Source of the DNA: a bacterium
Lineage (GTDB): Bacteria; RBG-13-61-14; DATKZS01
NCBI GenBank assembly: GCA_963674965.2
Contig: CAXXFL010000001.1
Span: forward strand, 1,056,001 to 1,120,000
Direction: 5' to 3'
DNA: 64,000 bases
In this document: positions 37,694 to 47,682 of the stretch, in pieces
How the letters are laid out: each line of letters starts with the position of its first letter
How positions within the stretch are numbered: position 1 is the first letter of the stretch
The notes under the pieces: model-generated
What the model saw: the letters and a program-made list of their open reading frames with translations, nothing else
Databases searched by the model: none
What the model was told of the DNA's origin: nothing
Made by a program: the position numbers and the translations under genes

Positions 37694-39127
37694 CTGAACT
37701 TTAGAACTTTTTAGTCTGGTTTGCACGTATCGACATTAAGCAGCCTCCTTGAGGGGCGTAATTTCCTCTGGTTTGGGGTCGGAATGGAAAGCGGGAGAAA
37801 TTCGCAAAGCCTTGTAGAAAGCGCGTCGGAGCCGACCGACGCTTGGGGGGCCGCTCGGGTCCCACCACGGTTCGGCCTCGATCTTTTCCGCCTCCGGGAC
37901 GCAAAGGGCAAGCAGGCCCAAAAGGCCGTAGGCGACCAGGCAGAGGTTGGCGTGGCGCTTGATGGCCGTGAACGACCTCTGGCGATAGTCGCCGAAACCG
38001 CCCGCCGTCTTCACCTCCCGGAACAACTCCTCGATCTTCCAGCGGCCCGAATACGTTTCCAGCGCCCGCTCCGGCTTCATCTCGACGTCGGTGGTGAAAA
38101 ACACGTTCATTTTTTTGCCGGAGCGCCGGGGGAAAATGATGACGAGTATCGGCTTGTCGCCGAGGGTGGCGCTGGGGACCATCACCCCGACGAAGGCCTC
38201 GATGGTAACGGTCTTGCCGTAAATCCTGGCCTTGATTTTTTCGCGCTTCGATCTTTTCAACCACAGTTGTTGGGGGCTGAACTTCTTGCCGCGCTTGGGC
38301 GGCCTTCCCGGACCATTCTTCCTTTTGGGGAGTTCGTAGAGCGCCGCGTTCGAGCGGAGGCGGCTGATCAGGACCACCTCTTTGCCGTCGAACTCGAGAC
38401 CGGCCAACTTGGCCTTGGCGTAGAGGTTGTCCACCACCAGGACCAGTCTCCGAGCGGGCCAGGAGAACCTTTTTATCATCATGGCGGCCAACTCGATCTT
38501 GGTTTTGAACTCCCATCCCTTGGGGCAAAACTTTTCCTGGACGAAGAGCAGCGCCGAGAGGGGGAAGGCGAACCACTTGCCCCCGCGCTCCCATAGAAGC
38601 GCCATCACCACCCAGCAGTGGCCGAGCACCCGGCGCTTTTGATGGCCGGGGTTTTTGTCCGTCGGGTCCGGGTAATAGCCCAGACCGAAGAACTTCTTGC
38701 CCCATTTCTTGACCAGGGTGTCGTCGACGGCGACGACGATCTCGTCCATGATCTTGAGTCGTTGGGCCACCAGGTCGAGCAGGCATTGACTCACCTTTTG
38801 GCAGGACCACCGGCCCTTGCGCATGAAAGCGTAGGGCGTGGTCCAGTGCATGACCCGGTGGACTTGGGTGAGGCGCATGACCTCGGTCACGCAGTGCTGG
38901 AGACCGAACAGCGCCGCGTGGGCGATAATGAAGGTCTGGAAGTGCTCGAACCCGGGCTTGGAGAAGCAGTTGACAAATACAAGCATCAGCGGCAACATAA
39001 GAGCTTGAGCGTTCATCAGCGTTCACTCCCGCGTTATGAGGGCCGATCACACCTCTCATTATACGGGAAAAACTGGTGAACGCTATTTTTACATGGTGGA
39101 ACATGGCTAAAAAGTTCTAAAGTTCAG
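37694..39127 (-). mobile_element. Insertion sequence, 1434 bp, IS4-type (ISPepr1-like; IS701-related DDE)
   Basis: Perfect 21-bp terminal IRs CTGAACTTTAGAACTTTTTAG (37694-37714 and 39107-39127); 8-bp direct repeat TATAATTG (37686-37693 and 39128-39135). Confidence 0.93.
37736..39016 (-). CDS. DDE transposase
   Basis: VAVDDT, VVDNLY, YSGRWKIEELFREVK (Y-2-R-3-E-6-K signature). Confidence 0.92.
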   Translation of the reverse strand: MNAQALMLPLMLVFVNCFSKPGFEHFQTFIIAHAALFGLQHCVTEVMRLTQVHRVMHWTTPYAFMRKGRWSCQKVSQCLLDLVAQRLKIMDEIVVAVDDTLVKKWGKKFFGLGYYPDPTDKNPGHQKRRVLGHCWVVMALLWERGGKWFAFPLSALLFVQEKFCPKGWEFKTKIELAAMMIKRFSWPARRLVLVVDNLYAKAKLAGLEFDGKEVVLISRLRSNAALYELPKRKNGPGRPPKRGKKFSPQQLWLKRSKREKIKARIYGKTVTIEAFVGVMVPSATLGDKPILVIIFPRRSGKKMNVFFTTDVEMKPERALETYSGRWKIEELFREVKTAGGFGDYRQRSFTAIKRHANLCLVAYGLLGLLALCVPEAEKIEAEPWWDPSGPPSVGRLRRAFYKALRISPAFHSDPKPEEITPLKEAA

Positions 39128-39475
39128 TATAATTGACACCGCATATCCATTCCCTTGCCGATTCGCCGACTTCCGCTTTGCTCAATTCTAAATAATCTGG
39201 ATGAATTTTTTGCCACCGCTTCAACCGCCGCGGCCAGGAGGAGCAACTCTTCGACCGACTGATCCTGGCCTGCGCCAGATCGACAGGGGTGATATTTTCG
39301 GAGTTAACCGCATAGCCACATAAAAGAATTGTAATCCCGATCCATCTCGTCATAGAATAATAACATGGATGTAGATGAAGCACGCCTTGATATTGGCGCG
39401 TCAAGTGAAGACGTGTTTACTTATATCAATAACGAGACGGCAAATGAGCCGCCATTATAATAGAGAGAAAGAAGA

Positions 39476-40462
39476 ATGATTAAAAAGATTTTTACGGCAG
39501 CGTTGGCATTGTTTATATTTGGGGCCTTCGGATGCAGGCCGAAGGAGGAGAAAAAGCCCGAGACCGGGGAGGGTCTTTCCATCTTGTGCTCTTTTCTTCC
39601 CTTGTGGGTGTTTACGGTTAACGTGGTGGGCGGCCGTCCCGGCGTCGAGGTGGACGTTTTAATCCCGGGCCATCAGGGGCCGCACGACTATCAGCTTACG
39701 CCGGCCGACATGCAGAAGATCGAGGGGGCCAACCTTTTCATCGCCAACGGCTATCACTTGGAGGAGTTTCTGACCGACTCCCTTCGCGAGGCCCGTCCCG
39801 ATATGCGCGTATTGATGGCGGCCGAGACCGTGAAGCCGATCATGATCGGGGATGACGGCGCGGCCGTCATCCATCTCGAGGCGGAAGAAGGGCATGATGA
39901 GGACGAAGCTTCTGGCCACCATCATGACCATGGCGTGGGCGGCGTGGACCCCCACGTTTTCGCCAGTCCACGCGACGCGGCCAAGATGGTGAACGCCATC
40001 GCCCTCGAGCTTATCCGTCTCGATCCAGAGGGGGAGCCGACCTACCGGGCCAACGCCGAGGCCTACATGAAAAAGCTGGAGGCCCTGGCCGACGAGTTCA
40101 AGGCCGTCGTGTCCGGCGCGAAGAGCGCCAAGGTGGTCACCTTCCACAACTCCCTCAACTACCTGGCCCGCGACTGCGGCCTCGAGGTAGTGGGAGTAAT
40201 CGAGAGCTCGCCCGGACAGCAGCCCTCCGCCGGAGAACTGGCCGCCCTGGCCCGGACCATCCGGGAGCAGGGGGCGGTCGCCGTCCTGGGGGAGCCCCAG
40301 TTCTCGGACGCTTTGGCTCGGGTGCTGGCCGAGGAATCCGGCGCCCGCCTCTCGAGCCTGGACCCGGGGGCCACCGGCGACATGACGCCCGAGGCCTATG
40401 AAAAGACCATGAAGGCCAACCTGGCCACTCTGCGCAAGATACTGCCGCCTGAAAGCCCTTAG
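39476..40462 (+). CDS. znuA: Zn/Mn ABC transporter substrate-binding lipoprotein
   Basis: Lipobox AFGC, GPHDYQLTP, His-rich loop, DPHVF, FHNSLNY. Confidence 0.88.
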   Translation: MIKKIFTAALALFIFGAFGCRPKEEKKPETGEGLSILCSFLPLWVFTVNVVGGRPGVEVDVLIPGHQGPHDYQLTPADMQKIEGANLFIANGYHLEEFLTDSLREARPDMRVLMAAETVKPIMIGDDGAAVIHLEAEEGHDEDEASGHHHDHGVGGVDPHVFASPRDAAKMVNAIALELIRLDPEGEPTYRANAEAYMKKLEALADEFKAVVSGAKSAKVVTFHNSLNYLARDCGLEVVGVIESSPGQQPSAGELAALARTIREQGAVAVLGEPQFSDALARVLAEESGARLSSLDPGATGDMTPEAYEKTMKANLATLRKILPPESP

Positions 40463-40560
40463 ACTCAGGCTGGAAACGATCGGCCGTCAGGGCCGGTTTC
40501 ACGAATCGCGTCGCCAAGGTTATAATTCTTATTGCCCGGACGCGAGGCCAAGACCCATAC

Positions 40561-41379
40561 ATGACGGAAGAAATAACCACAACCTCCGGAGGCGAGGCAG
40601 CCATCCGGATAAGAAACCTCGAGGTCGAACTGGGAGGAACGCGGGTCCTGACCGGCGTCAACGCGGCCATCATGAAGGGCGAGATCACCGCCCTCATCGG
40701 ACCCAACGGAGCGGGCAAAACCACGCTCCTTCTCGCCATGCTCGGCCTCATCCATTACAAGGGCAAGATAGATTACCTCACCTCGAACGGGCGGCCCATG
40801 ATCGGCTACGTGCCGCAATACCTCGACTTCGACAGGGGCATCCCCATTACGGTGATGGATTTCCTCTGCATGTGGCGCCAGCGCCTGCCCGTCTGGATTT
40901 CCCACTCCCGCGTTCAGAGACGGCGGGCCCTCGAGGCCCTCGAGTGGGTCGAGGCCGCCCACGTGTCCGGCCGCGTTCTCGGGGCCCTCTCGGGAGGAGA
41001 GCTTCAACGCGTTCTCCTGGCCATGGCCCTTCTCGACGAGCCGGAGATCATCTTCCTGGACGAGCCGGCCAGCGCGGTCGACCGTCACGGCGAGGAAATA
41101 TTCATGCGACTCATCGGGCGCATCAACCGGGAGCGGGGAATTACCATCCTGATCGTCAGTCACGACATCTCGATGGTGACCCGCATAGCCCGCCAGGTCA
41201 TCTGCCTCAACCGGCAGGTCCTTTCGGAGGGCAAGACCGCCGAGATTCTTAACGAGAACACTCTCGCCGCCTGTTTCGGTCCTGATAAGGGCCTTCTTCT
41301 TCACGACCACCACTGGGACGGCGAGGTCCATTGCGCCCAATCACCGGACTCGAGTCCGGAAGGCCGGGAGACCGACTGA
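40561..41379 (+). CDS. znuC: Metal ABC transporter ATP-binding protein
   Basis: GPNGAGKTT, GYVPQ, LSGGELQRV, LDEP, His-containing tail. Confidence 0.9.
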   Translation: MTEEITTTSGGEAAIRIRNLEVELGGTRVLTGVNAAIMKGEITALIGPNGAGKTTLLLAMLGLIHYKGKIDYLTSNGRPMIGYVPQYLDFDRGIPITVMDFLCMWRQRLPVWISHSRVQRRRALEALEWVEAAHVSGRVLGALSGGELQRVLLAMALLDEPEIIFLDEPASAVDRHGEEIFMRLIGRINRERGITILIVSHDISMVTRIARQVICLNRQVLSEGKTAEILNENTLAACFGPDKGLLLHDHHWDGEVHCAQSPDSSPEGRETD

Positions 41380-41381
41380 AT

Positions 41382-42224
41382 ATGGAACATGTCTATTCGG
41401 TCATGGACCTTCTGCTTCCCTTCGCCTGGGCCGAGCCTTTCTTCATGAAGAGGGCGCTTTTGGCCGTGCTCCTTGTCGCTCCCGTCTGCGCGGCCATGGG
41501 AGTCATGGTGGTCAACTTCCGCATGGCCTTTTTTTCCGACGCCATCAGCCACTCCGCCTTTACGGGCGTGGCCCTGGGGATTCTTCTGGGAGTCGATCCC
41601 CGGTTTACTCTCATCATCTTCGGCGCCCTGGTCGGCCTCGGAATCATGGCCATCAGGGGCCGGAGCAGCCTGTCCGTTGACACCATAATAGGCGTGTTCC
41701 TGAGTTTTTCCGTCGCCCTGGGCATAGTGGTGGTCAGCGCCAAGAAGGGCCTTACCCGCGATCTTCACGCCTATCTTTTCGGCGACGTCTTCGCCGTCAG
41801 CCCTTCCGAGCTGGGACTCATGCTTATCCTGGCCGTGGTATGCGCGGCTTTCCTGGTGGTGTTTTTTAACGACCTTTTCCTTATCGGCGTGAACGAGCGA
41901 GTGGCCAAGGCCCATGGTGTCAACGTCAAGGCCCTGCAATATTTTTACGCTTTGCTTCTGGCTCTGGTGGTTACCTTTACCATCCGCGTGATCGGCCTTT
42001 TGCTGGTAACGGCCATGCTGGTGGTACCCGCGGCAACGGGCCGGAACCTGGCGCGGTCGGTAAGGACCATGTTCTGGAGCGCCATCCTGGTGGGTTCCCT
42101 TAGCGGAATCGCGGGTTTGGTGACGTCCTTTTACGTAAAGGGGGCCGTGGGAGGCGGGACCATTATCCTGATAGCCTGTCTCCTTTTCATGATAAGCCAA
42201 CTATACGCCACGGTGAGAAACTGA
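41382..42224 (+). CDS. znuB: Metal ABC transporter permease
   Basis: RMAFFSDAISHSAFTG, YLFGD; start at 41382. Confidence 0.9.
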   Translation: MEHVYSVMDLLLPFAWAEPFFMKRALLAVLLVAPVCAAMGVMVVNFRMAFFSDAISHSAFTGVALGILLGVDPRFTLIIFGALVGLGIMAIRGRSSLSVDTIIGVFLSFSVALGIVVVSAKKGLTRDLHAYLFGDVFAVSPSELGLMLILAVVCAAFLVVFFNDLFLIGVNERVAKAHGVNVKALQYFYALLLALVVTFTIRVIGLLLVTAMLVVPAATGRNLARSVRTMFWSAILVGSLSGIAGLVTSFYVKGAVGGGTIILIACLLFMISQLYATVRN

Positions 42225-42254
42225 GCGCCTCCGGGCCGCTTGCCCCGATACGTC

Positions 42255-44483
42255 ATGCCTGATTTAAAAGACTCGGTTAAAACCTCGATCCTGGCGGCGG
42301 TCTTTTTCTTTTCCGGCTTCGCCGCCCTCATGTACCAGGTGGCCTGGCAAAGGCTTCTTACCATACATTACGGAGTGGGCGCCGTCTCCATTACCATTAT
42401 CGTAACCGTCTACATGTTCGGCCTCGGGATCGGCGCCCTCGCTGGCGGGGCTATCTCCGAGAGGACCCAAAGTCGAGTGCGGCTTTACTTCGCCATCGAG
42501 CTGTTAATCGGGCTGTTCGGTCTTCTAAGCCTTTCTTTTTTGAACGCCCTGGGCAAGGCCACCGCCGGGGAAAGCGCGGCCCTTTCCCTATTATACGTAG
42601 CCCTGTTCCTGGCCGTGCCCACCTTCCTTATGGGATCGACCCTCCCCATCCTGGTCAAGATTTACAACGGCTACAAGCGAAACGTGCTGGGCTCGGTGAG
42701 CTTCCTATATTTCATCAACACCATGGGCGCGGCCGCCGGGTCGGCCTTCACGGCCTACGTCGTGGTTGGCTTTTGGGGACTGGACGCGGCCGTATATCTG
42801 GCGGCCCTTATCAACCTCATATTGTCGGGCATGATCTTTTACATCGGCAAGGAGGACAAAACCTTTGGCGCAAAGGCGCCCGGAAAGGACGAGCCTCTTG
42901 ATGACATGCTCGGCCGTCTGGCCTATCCCCTGGTGCTGGTGACGGGGTTCGTGGCCATCGGCTACGAGATCGTCTGGTTCCGGGTAATAGGGACCCTGGT
43001 GAAGGCTTCGCCCTACTCCTTTGCCACCGTGCTTTCCGTTTATCTTGTAGGCATAGCCCTTGGCAGTTTCATCATGGAAAGACGAGCTCGCGGGCTTTGT
43101 GGCGCCGACAAGAAAAGTCTTTTTTTTATCATCCAGTTTTTTATCGGGGTCTCGGCCCTTCTGTCCATCGTCATTTATTATCGGCTTACCGAGCACACGC
43201 CTTTCAGCGCGGTGACCAGGGCGTCCTTTATGGTCGAGATCCATCCGTCATTGCCGGACGGACCCGGGCTGACCCGGTTCATGGCGGCGACTGACGTCCT
43301 TTTCTGGCCCCTGTTTATCGAGCTTGTACCCGCTCTCTTCATCGGCGCCGGCTTTCCCTTGGTGGCTTACCTAGCCCAGACCCGGAGCGGCCGGGAGGGA
43401 GGGGCCGTCGGCTGGGTGTATTTCTTCAACGCCGCGGGAAACGTTCTTGGCGCGGCGGTAACGGGCTTCGTGCTTCTCAAATACCTGGGCTCCGAGATCA
43501 CGCTGTTAGTCTTCGGCTTCGTGAACGTCTTTATGCTGGTTTTCGCCGCAAGGGGCCTGGGGCGGAAGTTTCCCATTAAATTCCGCGTCCCGGCGGCGGC
43601 TTTGACTTTTACTGTCTTGGCGCTTTTTTTCCCCACTGGCGGCGAACTTTATAAAGCCATACACCAAAGCCCCGGCGAGGGTTTCACGGAGTTTTTTAAA
43701 GAAGGAGTCGATACGGTGGTGATGACCTACCGCAAGGCGCCTTACCTGACCAATTACATTGGGGGCATGGGCCACGGCGGCCGGCCGGGATGGTTTTTTA
43801 TCGCCGAGACGTCCGAGGCCCTGACCCATCTCTCGAGCACCGGCGACGTCCTGGTCATAGGCTTCGGCACGGGCACGCTTACGGAGACGGTCCTGTTGAT
43901 GCAGGATTTAAAAAGCGTTACCGTCGTCGAGTTGAGCGAGACGCTCATGACCAACCTTTTAAAGATGGACCTTTTCCGAGACGTTCTTTCGGACAGCAGG
44001 ATTAATCTGGTTATCGACGACGGCCGAAGGTATCTTCAAGCTAGCGACAAGCAATACGACCTGGTCCTGATGGACCCGCTTCGAGTGACCACTTCATACG
44101 CCAACAACCTTTACTCGAGGGAGTTCTTCGAGCTGGTTAAATCGCGCATGAAGCCAGGGGGCGTCTTCATGATCTGGATGGACGACGACCGGACCGTCCC
44201 CAAAACCGCCGCCACCGCGTTCGAGCGCGTTAAGTTCTATCGGCTGGGACTGGTGCAGTATTTCGCCCTCGCCTCGGACCAGCCTCTTATTAAGCGGGAC
44301 ACAAGGCAACGTTATATCGAGTCCCGGATGAACCCTCAAGTCCTCGAGCGGGTCAACGCCGTCTGGGCCAGGTCGCTTTATCTGGGAGACGAGGAATACG
44401 TGAAGCGGACATACGCGGAAGGGCCCATCAATGAGGACATGAAGCCGCGGGGAGAATATTACCTGGGACTGAAATCGGACTGA
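42255..44483 (+). CDS. Fused MFS-like membrane domain / spermidine-synthase-like methyltransferase fold
   Basis: SGFAALMYQVAWQR, VLVIGFGTG, VVELS, DDGRRYL, YDLVLMDP, NLYSREFF. Confidence 0.85.
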   Translation: MPDLKDSVKTSILAAVFFFSGFAALMYQVAWQRLLTIHYGVGAVSITIIVTVYMFGLGIGALAGGAISERTQSRVRLYFAIELLIGLFGLLSLSFLNALGKATAGESAALSLLYVALFLAVPTFLMGSTLPILVKIYNGYKRNVLGSVSFLYFINTMGAAAGSAFTAYVVVGFWGLDAAVYLAALINLILSGMIFYIGKEDKTFGAKAPGKDEPLDDMLGRLAYPLVLVTGFVAIGYEIVWFRVIGTLVKASPYSFATVLSVYLVGIALGSFIMERRARGLCGADKKSLFFIIQFFIGVSALLSIVIYYRLTEHTPFSAVTRASFMVEIHPSLPDGPGLTRFMAATDVLFWPLFIELVPALFIGAGFPLVAYLAQTRSGREGGAVGWVYFFNAAGNVLGAAVTGFVLLKYLGSEITLLVFGFVNVFMLVFAARGLGRKFPIKFRVPAAALTFTVLALFFPTGGELYKAIHQSPGEGFTEFFKEGVDTVVMTYRKAPYLTNYIGGMGHGGRPGWFFIAETSEALTHLSSTGDVLVIGFGTGTLTETVLLMQDLKSVTVVELSETLMTNLLKMDLFRDVLSDSRINLVIDDGRRYLQASDKQYDLVLMDPLRVTTSYANNLYSREFFELVKSRMKPGGVFMIWMDDDRTVPKTAATAFERVKFYRLGLVQYFALASDQPLIKRDTRQRYIESRMNPQVLERVNAVWARSLYLGDEEYVKRTYAEGPINEDMKPRGEYYLGLKSD

Positions 44484-44489
44484 CCCTGC

Positions 44490-45293
44490 TTATTGCTTGC
44501 CGGGCCAGTCGGCGTGAATCTTGACCAGCTCGTGGGCCTGTTCCGGCGTTCCCATTGGTGGGCCGAATTTTCCCTGCAGCTTGACCATGCCGTGAGGATA
44601 CTCCTTCTCGACCCATATGTAATAGGCGGGCATGAAGGCCTTCATCAGCCGCGAGCCGCCGATCCATTTTCCCGCGAACTGCTCGAGGTCGTATTCCATC
44701 CTGATCTTGAGGCACTCGAACTCGCCGGCGGGGACTTTGATTTTTTCCACGGCCTCCACGGTGAGGGTCACTTTCCACGGCTTCATTTCCGGACTGAATA
44801 AAAGATAACAGTCCGTGCTCTGCCCTACTCCCATGTTTATCACCATGGGGGCCAGGGCCAGGACGTTGACGTGAAAGGTGTTGGGAGGAAAATCGTAGAC
44901 CTCATCCCTGTAGTCGTGCTCGTAGCGCGCCACGACTTTTCCGCTGCGGCTGGTGATTTTTTTCTCGGCCTTGATAAGTGAGTAGTTGTCGGGATCGAGA
45001 ATAAACTCCCACAGCACCGAGTCGCCCTCGGGGGTCCTCTCCTCGCGCTTGAAGGCCAGGACCTTCTTGCCCTCCCAGGTGGTCGAGCAAAGCCAGACGG
45101 AAAACTCGGTGGCGTCGAAATAGCGCTTTTCGTCGCCGCCCGGCTCGCCGCCGTCCACGTTGATCACGCGGTAGTCGCGGCGGCACTGGTCTTTTACGTC
45201 AAGTTCTCCCCGGACCCCGGCGGCCAGTATCAGGGCAAAGATTAATACCATGCATATAATCAGCGCTTTAAAAAAGTTATTATGCTTCATCAT
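44490..45293 (-). CDS. Exported DUF3108-like protein
   Basis: Signal peptide; EKIKVPAGEFECLKI motif. Confidence 0.6.
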   Translation of the reverse strand: MMKHNNFFKALIICMVLIFALILAAGVRGELDVKDQCRRDYRVINVDGGEPGGDEKRYFDATEFSVWLCSTTWEGKKVLAFKREERTPEGDSVLWEFILDPDNYSLIKAEKKITSRSGKVVARYEHDYRDEVYDFPPNTFHVNVLALAPMVINMGVGQSTDCYLLFSPEMKPWKVTLTVEAVEKIKVPAGEFECLKIRMEYDLEQFAGKWIGGSRLMKAFMPAYYIWVEKEYPHGMVKLQGKFGPPMGTPEQAHELVKIHADWPGKQ

Positions 45294-45549
45294 GACCTCT
45301 CAGAGATGGCGATAATACAGAATATACTTACTTTTCCGGCCCGCCGCCAGAGCCGGGCGGGCAATGGTCCAAAGCCCTCTCCCGGTTTCCTCGTCGCTTG
45401 CGTATCGAGCGTTATTTTCACTTGCGCCGAGGACGGACAAAGTACTATACTGCCTATTGCTGTATGACTTGCTTTATCCGGCCGGCCGTATTTGCCGGAC
45501 CCTTGATTTACCGAATGGCACGTAAAGTTTTCGCGACTGGGAGGTCAAC

Positions 45550-46629
45550 ATGAAGGTAATGGTTAACGGCGCCACGGGTCTGGTGGGCATGGCCATAATG
45601 GACGCCTTTCTCGAGGCGGGTCACGACGTTCGGGCCAGCGATCATCCGCGCTGCGATTTCCGGGAGGTCGAATCGAAAGGGGTTGAGGTTGTTCCCGCCG
45701 ACCTGGACGACGCGGACGCCCTGGATAAATCCGTCGAGGGCATGGACGTTGTCGTCCACGTGGCGGGCATCTTCGATCTTGGCGCCTCGCCCAAGCTCCT
45801 TGAACGCGTCAACCACCAGGGCACGCGCGACGTGCTCGAGGCCGTGCTTCGCAAGGCGCCCAACTTGCACCGCTTCGTTCAGATCGCCACGGTGGGCGTT
45901 TACGGCGAGCCCGTCCGCTGCCCCTGCAAGGAGGACGACCCCAAACGGCCCAGGAACGCCTATGAAAAAAGCAAGTTTAAAGGCGAGCTTGCCGCCTTCG
46001 AGTACCACAAGAAACACGGCCTGCCCGTGACCTCGATCCGTCCCACCCTGGTATACGGGCCCAGGGCCAAGTACGGACACGCCATGTTCATCGCCGGCCT
46101 TTGCCTTTTGAAGCACAAGACCGAGCGCGACTGGATGGTCGGTCTGACCTCGGGGCCCAAGACCAGCCACGTGCACGTTGACGACGTGGGCCGGGCCGCG
46201 GTGCTGGTGGCCGAAAAAGACGGCGCCATCGGCAAACCCCACAATATAGCCGACCCCAACCCGGTTGACGGGCTGACCTTCTCCAAGGCCCTGGCCGAGC
46301 CGATCGGTTTCGAGCTACGGCCCTACGTCCCCTACGTGAAGCCCCTCATGTCGCTGGTGGGCGCGGCCTTGCCCTACGTGCCGCAAAGGCCCATCGACTG
46401 GTTCAACGGCTACGTGGCCAAGTGGTGGGACGAGCTTTGCGACGAGAAGGGCCTGTCAAAGGAACTCAACCTGAAGGCGGACAAGGACTGGATAGGCTAC
46501 TGCACGGGCGACAATTTCTACGACGTGAGCAGGATCAAGGAATTGGGCATGCAGTGGAAATACCCCGACTGCGTGGAGGGACTCAAGGAAACCATCCAGT
46601 GGTATCGGGACCGGGAATGGATTCCATGA
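45550..46629 (+). CDS. NAD-dependent epimerase/dehydratase (extended SDR)
   Basis: NGATGLVG, YEKSK, RPTLVYGP, HVDDVG. Confidence 0.9.
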   Translation: MKVMVNGATGLVGMAIMDAFLEAGHDVRASDHPRCDFREVESKGVEVVPADLDDADALDKSVEGMDVVVHVAGIFDLGASPKLLERVNHQGTRDVLEAVLRKAPNLHRFVQIATVGVYGEPVRCPCKEDDPKRPRNAYEKSKFKGELAAFEYHKKHGLPVTSIRPTLVYGPRAKYGHAMFIAGLCLLKHKTERDWMVGLTSGPKTSHVHVDDVGRAAVLVAEKDGAIGKPHNIADPNPVDGLTFSKALAEPIGFELRPYVPYVKPLMSLVGAALPYVPQRPIDWFNGYVAKWWDELCDEKGLSKELNLKADKDWIGYCTGDNFYDVSRIKELGMQWKYPDCVEGLKETIQWYRDREWIP

Positions 46630-46664
46630 TAGAATAACAATCCTTGGCATATCAGGCCGCTCGA

Positions 46665-46697
46665 GGCCCCCGTCTTTGTCGAGACCGGGGGCTTTTT
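46665..46697 (+). terminator. Intrinsic terminator
   Basis: GCCCCCG...CGGGGGC followed by TTTTT. Confidence 0.6.
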
Positions 46698-46730
46698 GCG
46701 GCGGGCGGCTTTATAAGAGGACTTGGTTTG

Positions 46731-47612
46731 GTGGAGAAGATTAAGGGCGATATATATCTGGTTCCGGGCAGGAGGGGAGGACATTACCCTCACTGCAACT
46801 CTATTTTCATCGATTCGGACGGCCGCGCCGTGATCGATCCCGGCTCTCACCGCAAGGCCCTTCGCGAACTGGGGGAGAGGGGAGTCGAGACGGCCCTTTT
46901 ATCGCACTTCCACAGCGACCATATCCGGGACCTTCGCGAGCTCCCCGAGGCCCGGATTTTCATCCACTCCAGCGAACAAGACGCCCTGGCCGGCTGGGAA
47001 AAAATGTCCCCCTTTATCTGGTTCCCCGAGGAAACGCCCGACCAAATCTGGATCGGACGCAAGGACCGGGAGGTCGGGGGATGGGGATGGGACGTGTCCG
47101 GGACCTTCACGGGCGGCGACGAAATTATTATCGGCGACGTTCGAGTCGTCGTTATTCATGCTCCCGGCCATACCGTGGGCCACTGCTGTTTCTGGTTTCC
47201 CGAGGAGAAGATACTTTTCTCGGCCGACGTGGATTTCACGGACTTCGGCCCGTGGTACGGCAACGCCTGCTCGGGCGTTAAGTCATTTAAAGAGTCGATC
47301 GAGCTTCTTAAGAACTACCGCCCGGAGGTCACCGTTACTGGCCACGAGGCCGGCCTTATCGAGGGAGACCTCGAGCGGCGCCTCGATATCTACGGACGCG
47401 TAATAGACCTTCGTCACGAGCGCATTCTCGAGTTTATCAGGGAGCCCAGGACCTTGAACGAGGTGACGGCCCAGGCTTTCGTTTACGGCGAGTTCTATTC
47501 CAAGGACAATACCCTTCACGATCCCGAGTGGCGCATGGTCCGCCACCATCTCGAGTGGGCCGTCGAGCGGGGCGAGGCGGTCCTCGACGGCGGCGCGTAT
47601 CGCGCCTTGTAA
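46731..47612 (+). CDS. MBL-fold metallo-hydrolase
   Basis: SHFHSDH, PGHTVGH, ADVDF, TGH; start moved downstream of the terminator (GTG at 46731 or TTG at 46728). Confidence 0.85.
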   Translation: MEKIKGDIYLVPGRRGGHYPHCNSIFIDSDGRAVIDPGSHRKALRELGERGVETALLSHFHSDHIRDLRELPEARIFIHSSEQDALAGWEKMSPFIWFPEETPDQIWIGRKDREVGGWGWDVSGTFTGGDEIIIGDVRVVVIHAPGHTVGHCCFWFPEEKILFSADVDFTDFGPWYGNACSGVKSFKESIELLKNYRPEVTVTGHEAGLIEGDLERRLDIYGRVIDLRHERILEFIREPRTLNEVTAQAFVYGEFYSKDNTLHDPEWRMVRHHLEWAVERGEAVLDGGAYRAL

Positions 47613-47682
47613 TCCTCGTCAAAAAGGGCGCCCTGTTGGACGCCCTTTCCCGATCGCTCGATCACGTTAATACTTTTATGGA

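Noticed and set aside
37701-39104. 467-aa alternate-frame ORF spanning almost the whole IS
   Set aside because: Arg/Gly/Pro-rich shadow frame; the DDE and YREK motifs are all in the 37736-39016 frame
39117-39404. 95-aa minus-strand ORF apparently cut by the IS
   Set aside because: Removing the IS adds only about 6 codons before a stop; no motif or clear RBS
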